A stretch of 64,000 bases of DNA, taken from contig CAWGMA010000003.1 in assembly GCA_963823555.1 (NCBI GenBank), forward strand, positions 224,001 to 288,000, read 5' to 3'. Made by a program: the position numbers and the translations under genes. The notes under the pieces are model-generated. The model saw nothing but the letters and a program-made list of their open reading frames with translations, was not told where the DNA came from and did not search any database. The stretch's first letter is position 1. The number at the start of each line of letters is the position of its first letter. Positions 31,697 to 42,008 of the stretch are shown in pieces. Source of the DNA: Candidatus Eiseniibacteriota bacterium. Lineage in GTDB: Bacteria; Eisenbacteria; RBG-16-71-46; CAVPCR01.

Positions 31697-32032
31697 ATGT
31701 CCGAGACTTACTACAAGCCCGCCGACCTGTCGCGCTTTGCCGAGATGGGTGAGGGTGCCCCCGAGCTCTGGAAGAAGTACATGGAGTACTACTCTGCGGT
31801 GTTCGCCGAGGGGGCCCTCGGCGAGCGGGAGAAGTCCCTGATCGCGCTCGCGGTGGCCACCGCCGTGCAATGTCCGTACTGCATCGATGCCTACACCCAG
31901 GCCTGCCTCGAGAAGGGGTCGAACCTGGAGCAGATGACCGAGGCCATCCATGTCGCCAACGCGATTCGCGGCGGAGCATCCCTGGTGCACGGGGTGCAGA
32001 TGAAGAACATCGTCTCCAAGCTGGGCATGTAG
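31697..32032 (+). CDS. AhpD/carboxymuconolactone decarboxylase family protein associated with ArsS radical SAM enzymes
   Basis: 'GALGEREKSLIALAVA..QCPYCIDAY' CxxC and 'AIRGGASLVHGVQM'; GAGGAG RBS. Confidence 0.88.
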   Translation: MSETYYKPADLSRFAEMGEGAPELWKKYMEYYSAVFAEGALGEREKSLIALAVATAVQCPYCIDAYTQACLEKGSNLEQMTEAIHVANAIRGGASLVHGVQMKNIVSKLGM

Positions 32033-32041
32033 GGCGGGCGC

Positions 32042-33085
32042 ATGGTGAATTCCGTCTTGAGCCTCAAGCGCCGCGAGAGTCCGCTCGCCGATCCCCGCCA
32101 CCAGCGGGAAATCCTCGCCGGGGCGAACGGTCTCCCGCGCTTCGAGGACAAGCTCCGCCGGGTCGGTCTCTGGCCCCTCCGCACCACGCAGATCCAGGTC
32201 ATGCAGATCAACCTCGGCAAGCTCTGCAACCAGACCTGCCGGCATTGTCATGTCGACGCCGGTCCGGACCGCCGCGAGACAATGAGCGCGGAGACCGCCG
32301 CAGCGTGCCTGCGCGTGTTGAGCGAGACCGAGATACCGATCGTGGACCTCACCGGCGGTGCGCCGGAGCTCCATCCCGCCTTCCGCCCTCTGGTCCACGG
32401 TGCGCGAAAGCTCGGCCGTCATGTCATCGATCGCTGCAACCTCACCGTCCTCAATGTGGAGCCGCAGTCGGACCTGATCGCCTTCCTGGCCGCGAACGAG
32501 GTGGAGATCATCGCCAGCTTGCCCTATTACCAGGAGCGCCAGACCGACGCGCAGCGCGGGGATGGGGTCTTCGCGAGTTCGATCCGCGCTCTCGAGCGGC
32601 TGAATGAAGCCGGATACGGCCGGGGGAGCGGGCTCCGCCTGACGCTCGTCACCAACCCGGTCGGCGCTTTCCTGTCGCCGCCGCAGGAGAGTGTCGCGGC
32701 CGACTTCAAGCGCGAGCTCTCCCGTCGCCACGGGATCGCCATCGACGGCGTCTACACCATCACGAACATGCCGATCAGCCGCTTCCTCGATTTCCTGATC
32801 GAGAGCGGCAACTACGAAGGCTACATGCAACGGCTGATCGACGCCTTCAACCCCCTGGCCGCCGAGTCGGTGATGTGCCGCAGCATGATCTCCGTGGGCT
32901 GGGACGGTCAGCTCTACGACTGCGATTTCAACCAGATGCTCGAGCTACCGGTCGAAGCCGGCGCCGGCCGGGACATCCTCGATTTCGATCTCGCGCGTCA
33001 CGAGGGGCGGGCGATCGTCACTTCACGGCACTGCTTCGGCTGTATCGCCGGGGCCGGCTCGAGCTGCGGCGGAGCCACGGCCTGA
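32042..33085 (+). CDS. arsS: Arsenosugar-biosynthesis-type radical SAM protein (DUF3641 C-terminus)
   Basis: CNQTCRHC radical SAM motif, 'DLTGGAPELHP', 'YDCDFNQML' and Cys-rich tail 'HCFGCIAGAGSSCGG'. Confidence 0.88.
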   Translation: MVNSVLSLKRRESPLADPRHQREILAGANGLPRFEDKLRRVGLWPLRTTQIQVMQINLGKLCNQTCRHCHVDAGPDRRETMSAETAAACLRVLSETEIPIVDLTGGAPELHPAFRPLVHGARKLGRHVIDRCNLTVLNVEPQSDLIAFLAANEVEIIASLPYYQERQTDAQRGDGVFASSIRALERLNEAGYGRGSGLRLTLVTNPVGAFLSPPQESVAADFKRELSRRHGIAIDGVYTITNMPISRFLDFLIESGNYEGYMQRLIDAFNPLAAESVMCRSMISVGWDGQLYDCDFNQMLELPVEAGAGRDILDFDLARHEGRAIVTSRHCFGCIAGAGSSCGGATA

Positions 33086-33127
33086 GTGCGGGATGGCGTG
33101 AGCGGCGTCAGGTGCCAGATGGCGCCG

Positions 33128-33961
33128 TCAGTCGCGCGCCGAGTGGGCGAGCGCCAGCACGGCGAGCATCTCGTCGTGGATGAGCGCGTTCGAGGCGCAA
33201 ACCCCCGCGGTGACCAGGCGGAAGGCGCCGCCATCGGTCTCGGTGATCCGGCCTCCAGCCTCGCGCACGAGGAGCGCCCCGGCCGCCAGGTCCCATGGCT
33301 TGAGCCGGAGCTCCCAGAACCCATCGAAGCGGCCGCAGGCCACATAGGCGAGATCGATGGCCGCCGCTCCCGCGCGGCGGATGGCGAGGGCGCGGGTCGC
33401 GAAGCGCCCGAAGTGATCGAGATTGTTGCTGGGATTGGTGCGGATGTCGTACGGGAAACCGGTGGCGAGGAAGCCGCGGTCGAGCCGCGGCGTCGCGGAA
33501 ACCTGGATCGGCGCTCCGTTCAGCGTGGCGCCGCCGCCGTGCGCCGCCGAGAAGAGCTCGCCCAGCATCGGCACGTGGACGGCTCCGGCCGCGAGCTCGC
33601 CGTTCAGCTCGGCGCCCACCGAGACGGCGAACATGGGGAAAGAGCGGGCGAAGTTGGTGGTGCCGTCGAGGGGATCGATGATCCATCGCACGCCCCGGAT
33701 CACCGGCTCCCCATCGCCGCCGCGCTCCTCGGCGAGCAAGGCATCCCCGGGCCGCTCGCCGCGAATGGCGCGCACGATGATCTCCTCCGCGGCGTGATCA
33801 GCCTCGGTGACGAGATCGATGGCCCCCTTGAGGGTGATGCGACCGCTCCTGCCGAACTGGTCGCGGAGGTAGTCGCCGGCCAGAAGCGCGGCGCGTTCGG
33901 CGAGCTCGCGGAGGGCGGCCGGAGTGGGGATGGTGATGGGCGAAGGCGCTGATTGGGACAT
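33128..33961 (-). CDS. suhB: Inositol monophosphatase family protein
   Basis: DLVTEAD, WIIDPLDGTTNF and PWDLAAG motifs. Confidence 0.92.
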   Translation of the reverse strand: MSQSAPSPITIPTPAALRELAERAALLAGDYLRDQFGRSGRITLKGAIDLVTEADHAAEEIIVRAIRGERPGDALLAEERGGDGEPVIRGVRWIIDPLDGTTNFARSFPMFAVSVGAELNGELAAGAVHVPMLGELFSAAHGGGATLNGAPIQVSATPRLDRGFLATGFPYDIRTNPSNNLDHFGRFATRALAIRRAGAAAIDLAYVACGRFDGFWELRLKPWDLAAGALLVREAGGRITETDGGAFRLVTAGVCASNALIHDEMLAVLALAHSARD

Positions 33962-34100
33962 GGATGTGTTTCTTGGCCACGGGGCTGGGCGATGGTCCTC
34001 GGCGGCGGGCCGTGATCGATGGCACCCGGGCGCCGGCCGCTGAGACTACGGAAGCCGGACCCGGGCTGCAAGCGCGGCCGACCGGCACCGGGGGACGAAG

Positions 34101-34796
34101 ATGGCACATGAGGGCGATACGCTCGCGATTCCACCGCTCACGATCGCACCCGAACTCGCGCCTCTCCTCGATCTCGGGCTCCTGACCGCAGGCGGCCTCG
34201 CGGTCGGTCCCAGCGGACCGGAGATCGCACGAGCCATCGCCGCCGTGGCGGAGGCGCATCGCACGAGGCACGCGGACCAGGCGATCGGCAACGTCCCGGG
34301 CATCGGGCCGGTCCGGCGTCTCATGAGCGCCCTCGGCACCGATCCCACCAAGAACCGGCCCTCGTCCGAGGCCCTTCTCCGCCGCGTTCTCAAGGGGCAG
34401 GGGCTCCATGCGGTGAACAATGTCGTCGACACCGTGAACCTGTGCTCGCTGCGCTGGCTCCTGCCCATGGGGCTCTATGATCATTCGGCGCTCCATGGAC
34501 CGCTGCTTCTCAGGCGGGGTGCTCCCGGCGACGGCTATCCCGGGATTGGAAAGGAGCGGGTGAACCTCGAGAATCGCCCCGCTTTGTTCGACGACGGGGA
34601 GCCCTTCGGCGCCCCGACCTCGGACTCGTTCCGCACCCGAGTACACGAGGGCACCACCCGCATCTTCCTCGTCATCTACGCGCCGCGCGGGGCGGGCGTG
34701 GCGGATCTCCTCCCGCGCTGCCTCGCCGATACCCGGCAGGCGCTCGTCGATCTGTGTGGGGCCGTGCCAGGCGAGGAACGAGTGCTCGACGGGTGA
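34101..34796 (+). CDS. B3/4 domain protein (free-standing PheRS beta editing-like domain)
   Basis: 'GTDPTKNRPSSEALLRR', 'NNVVDTVNLCS..PMGLYD' and 'TSDSFRTRV'. Confidence 0.88.
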   Translation: MAHEGDTLAIPPLTIAPELAPLLDLGLLTAGGLAVGPSGPEIARAIAAVAEAHRTRHADQAIGNVPGIGPVRRLMSALGTDPTKNRPSSEALLRRVLKGQGLHAVNNVVDTVNLCSLRWLLPMGLYDHSALHGPLLLRRGAPGDGYPGIGKERVNLENRPALFDDGEPFGAPTSDSFRTRVHEGTTRIFLVIYAPRGAGVADLLPRCLADTRQALVDLCGAVPGEERVLDG

Positions 34797-34811
34797 TGCT
34801 ATGCTCCGGGC

Positions 34812-36218
34812 ATGCAACGACTCCTCATCGCCGGGCCGCGGAGCGGTGTCGGCAAGACCACGATCACGCTCGGGATCCTCGCCGCGCTCGTCGAACGTAA
34901 GCTGAAGGTTCAGCCGTTCAAGGTCGGCCCCGACTTCATCGACACGAGCTTCCATGCCGCGCTCACGCGCCGGCCCTGCTACAACCTCGATGGCTGGATG
35001 ATGCCGGGGGATCGCCTCGATGCCACCTTCACCCGCGCGCTCCGCGGCGGTGCCGACATCGCCGTCGTCGAGGGCATGATGGGACTCTTCGACGGCGCCG
35101 GCGCCGGCGAGAGCGGAACCGCAAGCGCGGACATCGCCAAGCGACTCGGTCTGCCCGTGATCCTCGTGCTCGACGTGTTCGCCATGGCCGGCTCCGCGGG
35201 TGCCGCCGCCCTCGGCTATCGCCTCTTCGATCCCGAGGTGAACGTGGCCGGTGTCGTTCTCAATCGCGTCGTCGGCGATCGACATGCCCAGGCTTGCGCC
35301 GAGGCGCTCGCGAAGGCCGAGCTTCCCGTGCTCGGCGCGGTGCCGGCCGAGGAGCGCCTCAGGATGCCGGAGCGGCATCTCGGTCTCATCCCGGCCTGGG
35401 AGCAAACCGGAGCGGCGAAGGCCTTGCGGGAGATGGCGCTCGAGGTGGCAAGCCATCTCGATATCGATGCCATCCTGGACATCGCCACCCGGGTGCCGGC
35501 GCTCGCGGCCGCAGAGGCGGGACGCCGGCGGAACGGGGGTGCGCGGCCGGCACCGGTTCGGATCGGCATCGCCCGCGACGAAGCGTTCGGGTTCTACTAT
35601 CAGGACACGCTCGACGGGCTCATCGCCGCTGGCGCCGAACTCGTGCTCTTCTCGCCGATGCACGACGAGGAGCTGCCGGAGAATCTGGGCGGGCTCTATC
35701 TGGGCGGCGGATTTCCGGAGCGGCATCTCGATGCGCTCGAGGCCAACACGATCCTCCGCGCCGAGATCGCCGAGTCGGCGCGTTCCGGCATGCCCATCTA
35801 CGCCGAATGCGGCGGGCTCATGTATCTCTGCCGCTCGATTGCCGCCGCGCGCGGGCCGCGGCGGGCGATGGTGGGGGTCCTCGACGGTCACGTGCGCATG
35901 GGTGGGCGGCAAGCGATCGCCTACGTCGACATCGATGTCGAGGTTGATACGCCGCTCGTTCCCGCCGGCAGTCACCTGCGCGGCCACGTGTTCCACAACT
36001 CGGTGGTGGAGCTTCCCGGGGAAGGCGCGCGCTTCGCCTATCGCCTCGACCCAGGGCCGGGGATCGCCGGCGTAGCCGACGGCTGGCTCGAGGGGAACGT
36101 GCTCGCGAGCTATGTCCACCTGCCGCTTGCCGCCTATCCGGAGCTCGTCGAGCGCTGGCTCGACCGCTGTCGCGACTTCCGTGGCGGGGATGCTGCAGCA
36201 CGCGACGACCGTGGTTGA
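34812..36218 (+). CDS. cbiA: Cobyrinate a,c-diamide synthase family amidase
   Basis: SGVGKTT, FKVGPDFID, EGMMGLFDG, PERHLGL, GGGFPE, YAECGGLMYL and ASYVH motifs. Confidence 0.92.
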   Translation: MQRLLIAGPRSGVGKTTITLGILAALVERKLKVQPFKVGPDFIDTSFHAALTRRPCYNLDGWMMPGDRLDATFTRALRGGADIAVVEGMMGLFDGAGAGESGTASADIAKRLGLPVILVLDVFAMAGSAGAAALGYRLFDPEVNVAGVVLNRVVGDRHAQACAEALAKAELPVLGAVPAEERLRMPERHLGLIPAWEQTGAAKALREMALEVASHLDIDAILDIATRVPALAAAEAGRRRNGGARPAPVRIGIARDEAFGFYYQDTLDGLIAAGAELVLFSPMHDEELPENLGGLYLGGGFPERHLDALEANTILRAEIAESARSGMPIYAECGGLMYLCRSIAAARGPRRAMVGVLDGHVRMGGRQAIAYVDIDVEVDTPLVPAGSHLRGHVFHNSVVELPGEGARFAYRLDPGPGIAGVADGWLEGNVLASYVHLPLAAYPELVERWLDRCRDFRGGDAAARDDRG

Positions 36219-36473
36219 CGCCGGGGCACCATGGCGAGCTGGGAAGTGCAAGCCACGAGAGCCGATGGCCCTGTCGGAAGGGGCGCTGGCCAGCCAGGCA
36301 TCGAACTTGCTTCTACTCCCTGGGGCCCACCGCAAAGCCGGGAGATCGCGCCCTGGGCCGGACAGGAAGCGACCGGATCGGTCCATTCTCGACCGGGCGG
36401 TTCAACCCAGGATGGGCTCATGGGGGCTTCGGGGGTGGAGGGAGCCCCTGATCCAGTAGAGGAGATTCGTACG

Positions 36474-37409
36474 ATGAGCGCTTGCACGTTTTCGCGCCGC
36501 TCGGCGCGCCTCTGGCCACTCGGCATCGCCTTGAGTCTCGCCGTGGCGGTCATCCTCACCGGCTGCGACGACAGCGGGGTCCTCGACACCGTCAACGAGG
36601 ACGAGCTGGCACCGCCGCTCGGGCTCACGAGCATCACCGGCAACGGGGAAGTCTCGCTCATCTGGTTCACGAGCAACTTCGAGAGCGGGTTCGAAGGTTA
36701 CATCGTCTTCATGCGTGAAGGGGATTACGAGACGGACCGCTCGGCGCAGCTGCCGACGGGGTTCGTCGAGGTCGACCGCATGCCGTTCGGCGCGTCCGGT
36801 GTGCAGCGGAGCACGCTGATCGGGGGCCTCGAGAACGGCCGCACGTACAGCTTCAGCGTGTGCGCTTTCCGTGATGGTGGCGGCGAGATCAGCCTCGCGA
36901 GCAACATCATCGCCGATACCCCGCGCCCGGACATCTCGGGCATCGTGCTCGCATCCGCCTCCACGAACGACGTCATTGGCGACGACTCGCGAGCCGGGTT
37001 CGATTTCGAGGGTTTCCAGGTCGAGGCGGTTCCGCTCGATCTCGCATCGGCGAACTACACGAACAACAGCGGCACCGACATCGTGCACGAGGCCTTCGAT
37101 CCAGGCGTCAACAACACCAACATCCGCTCGTGGCTCGCCGGCATGAACGGCGGCGGCGTGCAGGATCTGGGCTGGATGGCGGACCTGGACGGCTCGAGCG
37201 TGGCTCCGATTGACGGCTATGCCTCGACCGGCGAGTCGGTGCTCCTGACGGTCGGCCACGTGTACGCGGTCCGGACCGGCAACAACCACTATGCGAAGCT
37301 CATCGTGACGAGCATCCAGGGGGCTCCGTCCTTCCTCGTCACGTTCAACGCGGCCTACCAGACGAAGCTCGACGAGCCCAATTACTTCCCCGCGCTCGGT
37401 ATCCATTAG
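36474..37409 (+). CDS. Lipoprotein with a fibronectin type III domain
   Basis: Lipobox LTGC; FN3 'GNGEVSLIW...GYIVF...GLENGRTYSFSVCAF'; AGGAG RBS. Confidence 0.78.
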   Translation: MSACTFSRRSARLWPLGIALSLAVAVILTGCDDSGVLDTVNEDELAPPLGLTSITGNGEVSLIWFTSNFESGFEGYIVFMREGDYETDRSAQLPTGFVEVDRMPFGASGVQRSTLIGGLENGRTYSFSVCAFRDGGGEISLASNIIADTPRPDISGIVLASASTNDVIGDDSRAGFDFEGFQVEAVPLDLASANYTNNSGTDIVHEAFDPGVNNTNIRSWLAGMNGGGVQDLGWMADLDGSSVAPIDGYASTGESVLLTVGHVYAVRTGNNHYAKLIVTSIQGAPSFLVTFNAAYQTKLDEPNYFPALGIH

Positions 37410-37431
37410 CCCGGGGGGCGCGGGCGGGAGC

Positions 37432-37470
37432 GCAGAAGGGCGGCGGGATCGATCCTGCCGCCCTCTCTGC
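37432..37470. terminator. Hairpin between convergent genes (candidate bidirectional terminator)
   Basis: GCAGA-AGGGCGGCGGGATC / GATCCTGCCGCCCT-CTCTGC inverted repeat. Confidence 0.6.
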
Positions 37471-37480
37471 TGGTGCCCGG

Positions 37481-37903
37481 CTACTCTCCGATGATCTTCA
37501 GCAGCACCCGCTTCGGGCGCCGGCCGTCGAACTCGCCGTAGAAGATCTGCTCCCAGGGGCCGAAGTCGAGCTGTCCGTCCGTGATCGCGACCACCACCTC
37601 GCGGCCCATGATCTGCCGCTTCAGATGCGCATCCGCGTTGTCCTCGCCGGTCCTATGGTGCTGGTAGTGCTCGGGCCCGGGGCGGTAGGGAGCGAGCTCC
37701 TCGAGCCAGCGGGCGAAGTCGGCGAGAAGTCCCGACTCGTCATCGTTGATGTAGACGCTCGCGGTGATGTGCATCGAGTTGACCAGACAGAGCCCGTTCT
37801 GGACCCCGCTCGCCGCGACCGCGGCCTCCACCTGGGGCGTGATGTTCAGGAACTCGCGTTCCTTGCGGGTCGTGATCTTGAGCTCCTGGCGATGGGTCTT
37901 CAT
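37481..37903 (-). CDS. yjbQ: YjbQ/UPF0047 family (secondary thiamine-phosphate synthase)
   Basis: '[11 protein letters not shown]', 'NADAHLKR' and '[15 protein letters not shown]'. Confidence 0.92.
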   Translation of the reverse strand: MKTHRQELKITTRKEREFLNITPQVEAAVAASGVQNGLCLVNSMHITASVYINDDESGLLADFARWLEELAPYRPGPEHYQHHRTGEDNADAHLKRQIMGREVVVAITDGQLDFGPWEQIFYGEFDGRRPKRVLLKIIGE

Positions 37904-38754
37904 GCCGAATCGTCCTCCTCCGGCGTGGCAGGTAGCTTGAAGAACGGATCATCGAGATAGGTGTCGGTGAGATAGCGTCGGCGCCGCGGGATCATACGGC
38001 GCACCGTCCGGCGGCCGAACGCGCTCGCGATCAAGAAGGCGCGCTCGACGGTGCCGATCTCGGCGAGGGGCCGGGTGAGGATGCCGATCCGGCGCAGCCG
38101 CTCCTCGGTGACCTCCGTCGTCCGCTCGAGGAATCCCGGCAGCTGGCGGAGCACCGGATGTTCGGGATCGGCGGCGCGGGCGATGGCGCCACGGGCGAAG
38201 CGGCGCATGGCGATCAAGCTCACCAGGTTGAGCCCGAGAAGATGCCGCGCCAGGGTCGGATCGGCGGCCACCGCGCGGCGCGTGCGCTCCTCGCCGAAGT
38301 CGACATGCCGTTCCTCCTGCTTGACCGCGTTCTCGAGCGAGCGCCGGATCCGCGGTTCGTCGATGAGATCGATGAGCGCGTAGAACACCATGAGGACGAA
38401 GCCCTCGCCCTGCGCCATCTCGAGGGCGACATGCTCCTCGAAGGCGCCGCCGATGAATCCGGTGGCGAGGAAGCGCATGAGCGGGTGCGGAGGCGTCGGC
38501 TCGACACCCAGAATGTCGAAGATGCGGCGGATGTGGACGACGTGAGTGAGCTCCTCCACCGACTGCCGGGCGAAGAAGCGGGCGGCCGCGAAATCAGGGG
38601 CGTGATGGAGCCAGTGCCCGACCTGGATCCCCGTCACCTCCCCGTAGAGGAACTGGCTGAAGATGAAGACGAGGAGCTCGCGGTCCCGCTCGACATCGAG
38701 GCGGGCGCCGCCGAAGTCGTAGCTCATTTCCTCGCGGGTGAAGAGCATGGTCAT
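37900..38754 (-). CDS. Ferritin-like (diiron carboxylate) domain protein
   Basis: Paired E...EExxH motifs: LYGE, EELTH, QGEG, QEERH. Confidence 0.72.
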   Translation of the reverse strand: MTMLFTREEMSYDFGGARLDVERDRELLVFIFSQFLYGEVTGIQVGHWLHHAPDFAAARFFARQSVEELTHVVHIRRIFDILGVEPTPPHPLMRFLATGFIGGAFEEHVALEMAQGEGFVLMVFYALIDLIDEPRIRRSLENAVKQEERHVDFGEERTRRAVAADPTLARHLLGLNLVSLIAMRRFARGAIARAADPEHPVLRQLPGFLERTTEVTEERLRRIGILTRPLAEIGTVERAFLIASAFGRRTVRRMIPRRRRYLTDTYLDDPFFKLPATPEEDDSA

Positions 38755-39895
38755 CCTCGCTCGGTGGTGGCGGATCTCGGGGCTCCGGTCATGCCGGATG
38801 TCCGAAGCGCGTGGATGCCGTCCCAGGCCGTGAGCAGTCGCTCCCCGGTGGCGGCGAGCGCGGTCTCCGGTAGCCCGGCGGCGACGAGCGCCCGCTCGAG
38901 CTCGGGCCAGTCTCCGAGATGACGGACCCCGCAGGGACAGGCGGTGCTGCCCCGCGGCCGCCAGATCATCCCGTTCAGATCGCTGCCGAGCGCGATCGCC
39001 TCGGCACCGGCAACCTGTGCCAGATGCCGGTAGTGGAGCACATAGGCATCGGTGGTGCCGGGGACGAATCCCGCGGGACGCGCAGCACGGGGGACCGCAA
39101 GCAGACGGCGCCACAGGCTGACGCCGATCATGCCCCCGCGCGTCGCGACCGACTGCGCCTCCTCATCGGCGAGGTTGCGTTCGCCCGGGGCCAGAGCACG
39201 GCTCCCGGTGTGCGTGACCAGAAGCGGCGTCGAGTCACTCGCCGTGAGCGCGAGCACTTCCTGGAAGGCGCGATCGCTGGCATGGGCGAGATCGATCACC
39301 ATTCCCAGTTGCTGCATGCGGCGCACGACCTCGGTGCCGAGCGCGGTGAGTCCGCGCTCGTTGCGCCAGATGCCGCGCGCGCGCCGGCGGCGCGTGAACC
39401 ACCAGTTCGGTCCATCGAGCGGATGGCGCGCCGCGGCCGCGGCGGCCACCGCATTGTCCCTGAGGTGGGCGAGGGTCAGGAGGCGCACCCCGGCGCCGTG
39501 GAGCGCCGCCACGTCGTCGGCCGTGGCGATGCCATGGGCGCCCTCGACGGCGAGGACCAGCGCGGTGCGACCGCTCAGGGCGATGCGCCGCGCCGCTCCG
39601 GGTCGAGCGCCATCTCGACCTGGGCGGGATGAGCCCGGGCGAAATCGCGGACTGCGGCGGCCTGGCGCTGGATCTCCCGCAAGTGGCCCCGCCCGCGATG
39701 GAGGATCGCGGGCGAGTAGAGAGCCACGACGGCGATTCCGAAGCCACCCGCGCGCCAGCCGGCGACGGTGACCTGGTTGCGGAAGATGTCATCGGGGTCG
39801 AGCGCCACGCCGCCCCGCCCCGGGCGCCCGCGGAAGAAGAAGAGCGCTTCATCCATCAAGGCGTGGACATGGAGATCGGCGCGGGACATCGGCAT
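38751..39895 (-). pseudogene. Membrane dipeptidase (M19) family protein, 1-nt frameshift near 39596
   Basis: N-terminal ADLHVH is in one frame; LAVEGAH, IDLAHAS, THTG, RNLADE and LGSDLNG are in another. Adding one G (GAG GCG) restores a continuous ORF. Confidence 0.8.
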
Positions 39896-40211
39896 CACTC
39901 GGGCTTGGGGGCGACTGCATGACACGATGGCAGGGATGAAGAGGAACTCGGCCCTGGGATCTCGGTCGCCCGTCGGCGGTCGAGTCTACCAGCTCCGCGG
40001 TCTGCGGTCTCGAAGCCGAGACCCTCTCGGCCGCTCGCTCCCCGGCCCGCCCTTCCGCTACCCGCAGGAGATCGAGTGCTAGACTGGGGGCTGCTGCAAG
40101 AAGGCGTCCAGTGCAGAAGGGCCTGGCGGATTCAGTGGTGGGCGATGTCAGGGAGGCCGTTCCCGATCCCGGGTCCCGGCTTCTGATGCAGGGGAGGAGA
40201 CGAGTGATCCC

Positions 40212-42008
40212 ATGGCGTTGCTCAGCCTGAACGACGTGAGCCTCACCTTCGCCGGGCCCGCCGTCCTCAACTCGGTGAATCTCCAGATTGAAGACGGGGA
40301 ACGGCTCGGGCTCCTGGGGCGCAATGGCGCCGGCAAGTCGACCCTCCTCAAGGTTCTCGAGGGCACCCTCGTCCCGGACTCCGGCGAAGTGATCCGCAAG
40401 CCGGGCCTGCGCGTGGCGAGCCTCCCGCAGGACGTGCCCCCGGATCTTGCCGGTACCGTCCGCGAGTACCTGCATGATGTGTGCGGCGCGACCCGGAGCG
40501 ACGCCGCATGGGAGATCGAAACCCGAATCGATCGGGCCGCGCACGACCTGACGCTCGATCTGGACGCCGCCTTCGAGGCGCTTTCCGCCGGGTCCAAGCG
40601 GCGCGTCCTGCTGGCGGCGGCCCTCGTGCGCGATCCAGATCTCCTCATCCTCGACGAGCCGACCAATCATCTCGATATCGACGCCATCCGTCACCTCGAG
40701 GAGGCGCTCAAGCGCAGGCGGGGCACGCTGGTCTTCGTCACCCACGATCGGAGCTTTCTCCGCAACCTCACCACGCGCATCCTCGATCTGGACCGCGGCG
40801 TGATCCGCAGCTATCGCTCCACGTATGACGCCTATCTCGAGAAGCGGGAAGACGAGCTCCGCATCGAGGCGGCGCAAGACGCGCTCTTCGACAAGAAGCT
40901 GGCACAGGAGGAGGCATGGGTGCGGCGCGGAATCAAGGCGCGGCGCACGCGGAATGAGGGTCGGGTGCGGGCCCTCGAGTCCCTGCGCGCCGAGCGCCGG
41001 GCGCGTCGCGACGAGACGGGACGCGTGAAGGCGCAGCTGCAGGAGGCCGAGAGGTCCGGGCGCGTGGTGCTGCGCTGCCGGGATCTCGGGTACGCATTTG
41101 ACAGCGGACCGATCGTTCGCGGATTCACCTGGACCCTGCTGCGCGGCGATCGCGTTGGGATCCTGGGACCGAACGGGTGCGGCAAGACGACGCTGATCAG
41201 CCTGCTCCTCGGCGAGGTGCTACCCGCAGGGGGCACGGTGACCGCGGGCACCAAGCTCGAGGTCGCGCACTTCGAGCAGCTTCACGAAGGCCTCGATGAT
41301 GCCAAGACCGTCCTCGAGAATGTCGCCGAAGGACGCGAGATGATCGCGGTGGGTCGCGGTGAACGCCACGTGGTGGGCTATCTGCGCGACTTCCTCTTCA
41401 CACCGGACCAGATCCAGGGTCCTGTCCTCAAACTGTCCGGCGGCGAGCGAAAGCGGCTTCGCCTGGCGAAGATCCTCGCCCGTCCCTGCAACCTCCTCGT
41501 CCTGGACGAACCAACCAACGATCTCGATCTCGAGACGCTCGAACTGCTCGAAGATCTGCTGCTCGAGTTTCAGGGCACATTGCTCGTCGTCTCACACGAC
41601 CGATCGTTCCTCGACAACGTGGTCACCTCGACCCTCGCCTGGGAGGGCGGCGGCCAGTGGCGCGAGTACATCGGCGGCTACGAAGACTGGCTCCGCCAGC
41701 AGAAGTCCGCCGCGGCTCCGCCCGCCGCCAGGCCGGCCCGGCCGAAACCGGCGCCGGCCACGGCGCCATCGCGGCGCATCGGGTTCAAGGAAAAGCGCGA
41801 GCTGGGGGAGCTGCCGGGGAGAATCGAGAGCCTCGAGGCCGAGAGACGGAACCTCTACACGCTGATGGCGTCACCGGAGTTCTACGCGACGCGAGGAGAC
41901 GAGGTCGCGTCGGCGACGCAGCAGCTGGCCACGGTCGAAGGCGAGATTCAGAAGGCCTATGCGCGGTGGATGGAGCTCGAGACCCTCATGGCCGGCGACG
42001 AGCCGTGA
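40212..42008 (+). CDS. uup: ABC-F family ATPase Uup
   Basis: Two ABC domains, linker 'EEAWVRRGIKARRTRNEGRVRAL' and C-terminal coiled coil 'LPGRIESLE...YARWMELE'. Confidence 0.92.
   Translation: MALLSLNDVSLTFAGPAVLNSVNLQIEDGERLGLLGRNGAGKSTLLKVLEGTLVPDSGEVIRKPGLRVASLPQDVPPDLAGTVREYLHDVCGATRSDAAWEIETRIDRAAHDLTLDLDAAFEALSAGSKRRVLLAAALVRDPDLLILDEPTNHLDIDAIRHLEEALKRRRGTLVFVTHDRSFLRNLTTRILDLDRGVIRSYRSTYDAYLEKREDELRIEAAQDALFDKKLAQEEAWVRRGIKARRTRNEGRVRALESLRAERRARRDETGRVKAQLQEAERSGRVVLRCRDLGYAFDSGPIVRGFTWTLLRGDRVGILGPNGCGKTTLISLLLGEVLPAGGTVTAGTKLEVAHFEQLHEGLDDAKTVLENVAEGREMIAVGRGERHVVGYLRDFLFTPDQIQGPVLKLSGGERKRLRLAKILARPCNLLVLDEPTNDLDLETLELLEDLLLEFQGTLLVVSHDRSFLDNVVTSTLAWEGGGQWREYIGGYEDWLRQQKSAAAPPAARPARPKPAPATAPSRRIGFKEKRELGELPGRIESLEAERRNLYTLMASPEFYATRGDEVASATQQLATVEGEIQKAYARWMELETLMAGDEP

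Noticed and set aside
32042..33085. Selenoprotein form of ArsS
   Set aside because: No in-frame TGA before the end of the conserved C-terminus; the motif positions are Cys.
33798..36386. Long antisense ORFs (862 aa here; also 44216-46996, 41959-44169, 61756-63864, 18597-20579)
   Set aside because: These are typical stop-poor shadow frames in high-GC DNA, lying opposite well-supported genes and lacking motifs.
36219..36473. Cobalamin riboswitch after cbiA (GGGAAG, AGCCAGG fragments)
   Set aside because: Only isolated short matches; the conserved B12-box architecture is not recognisable.
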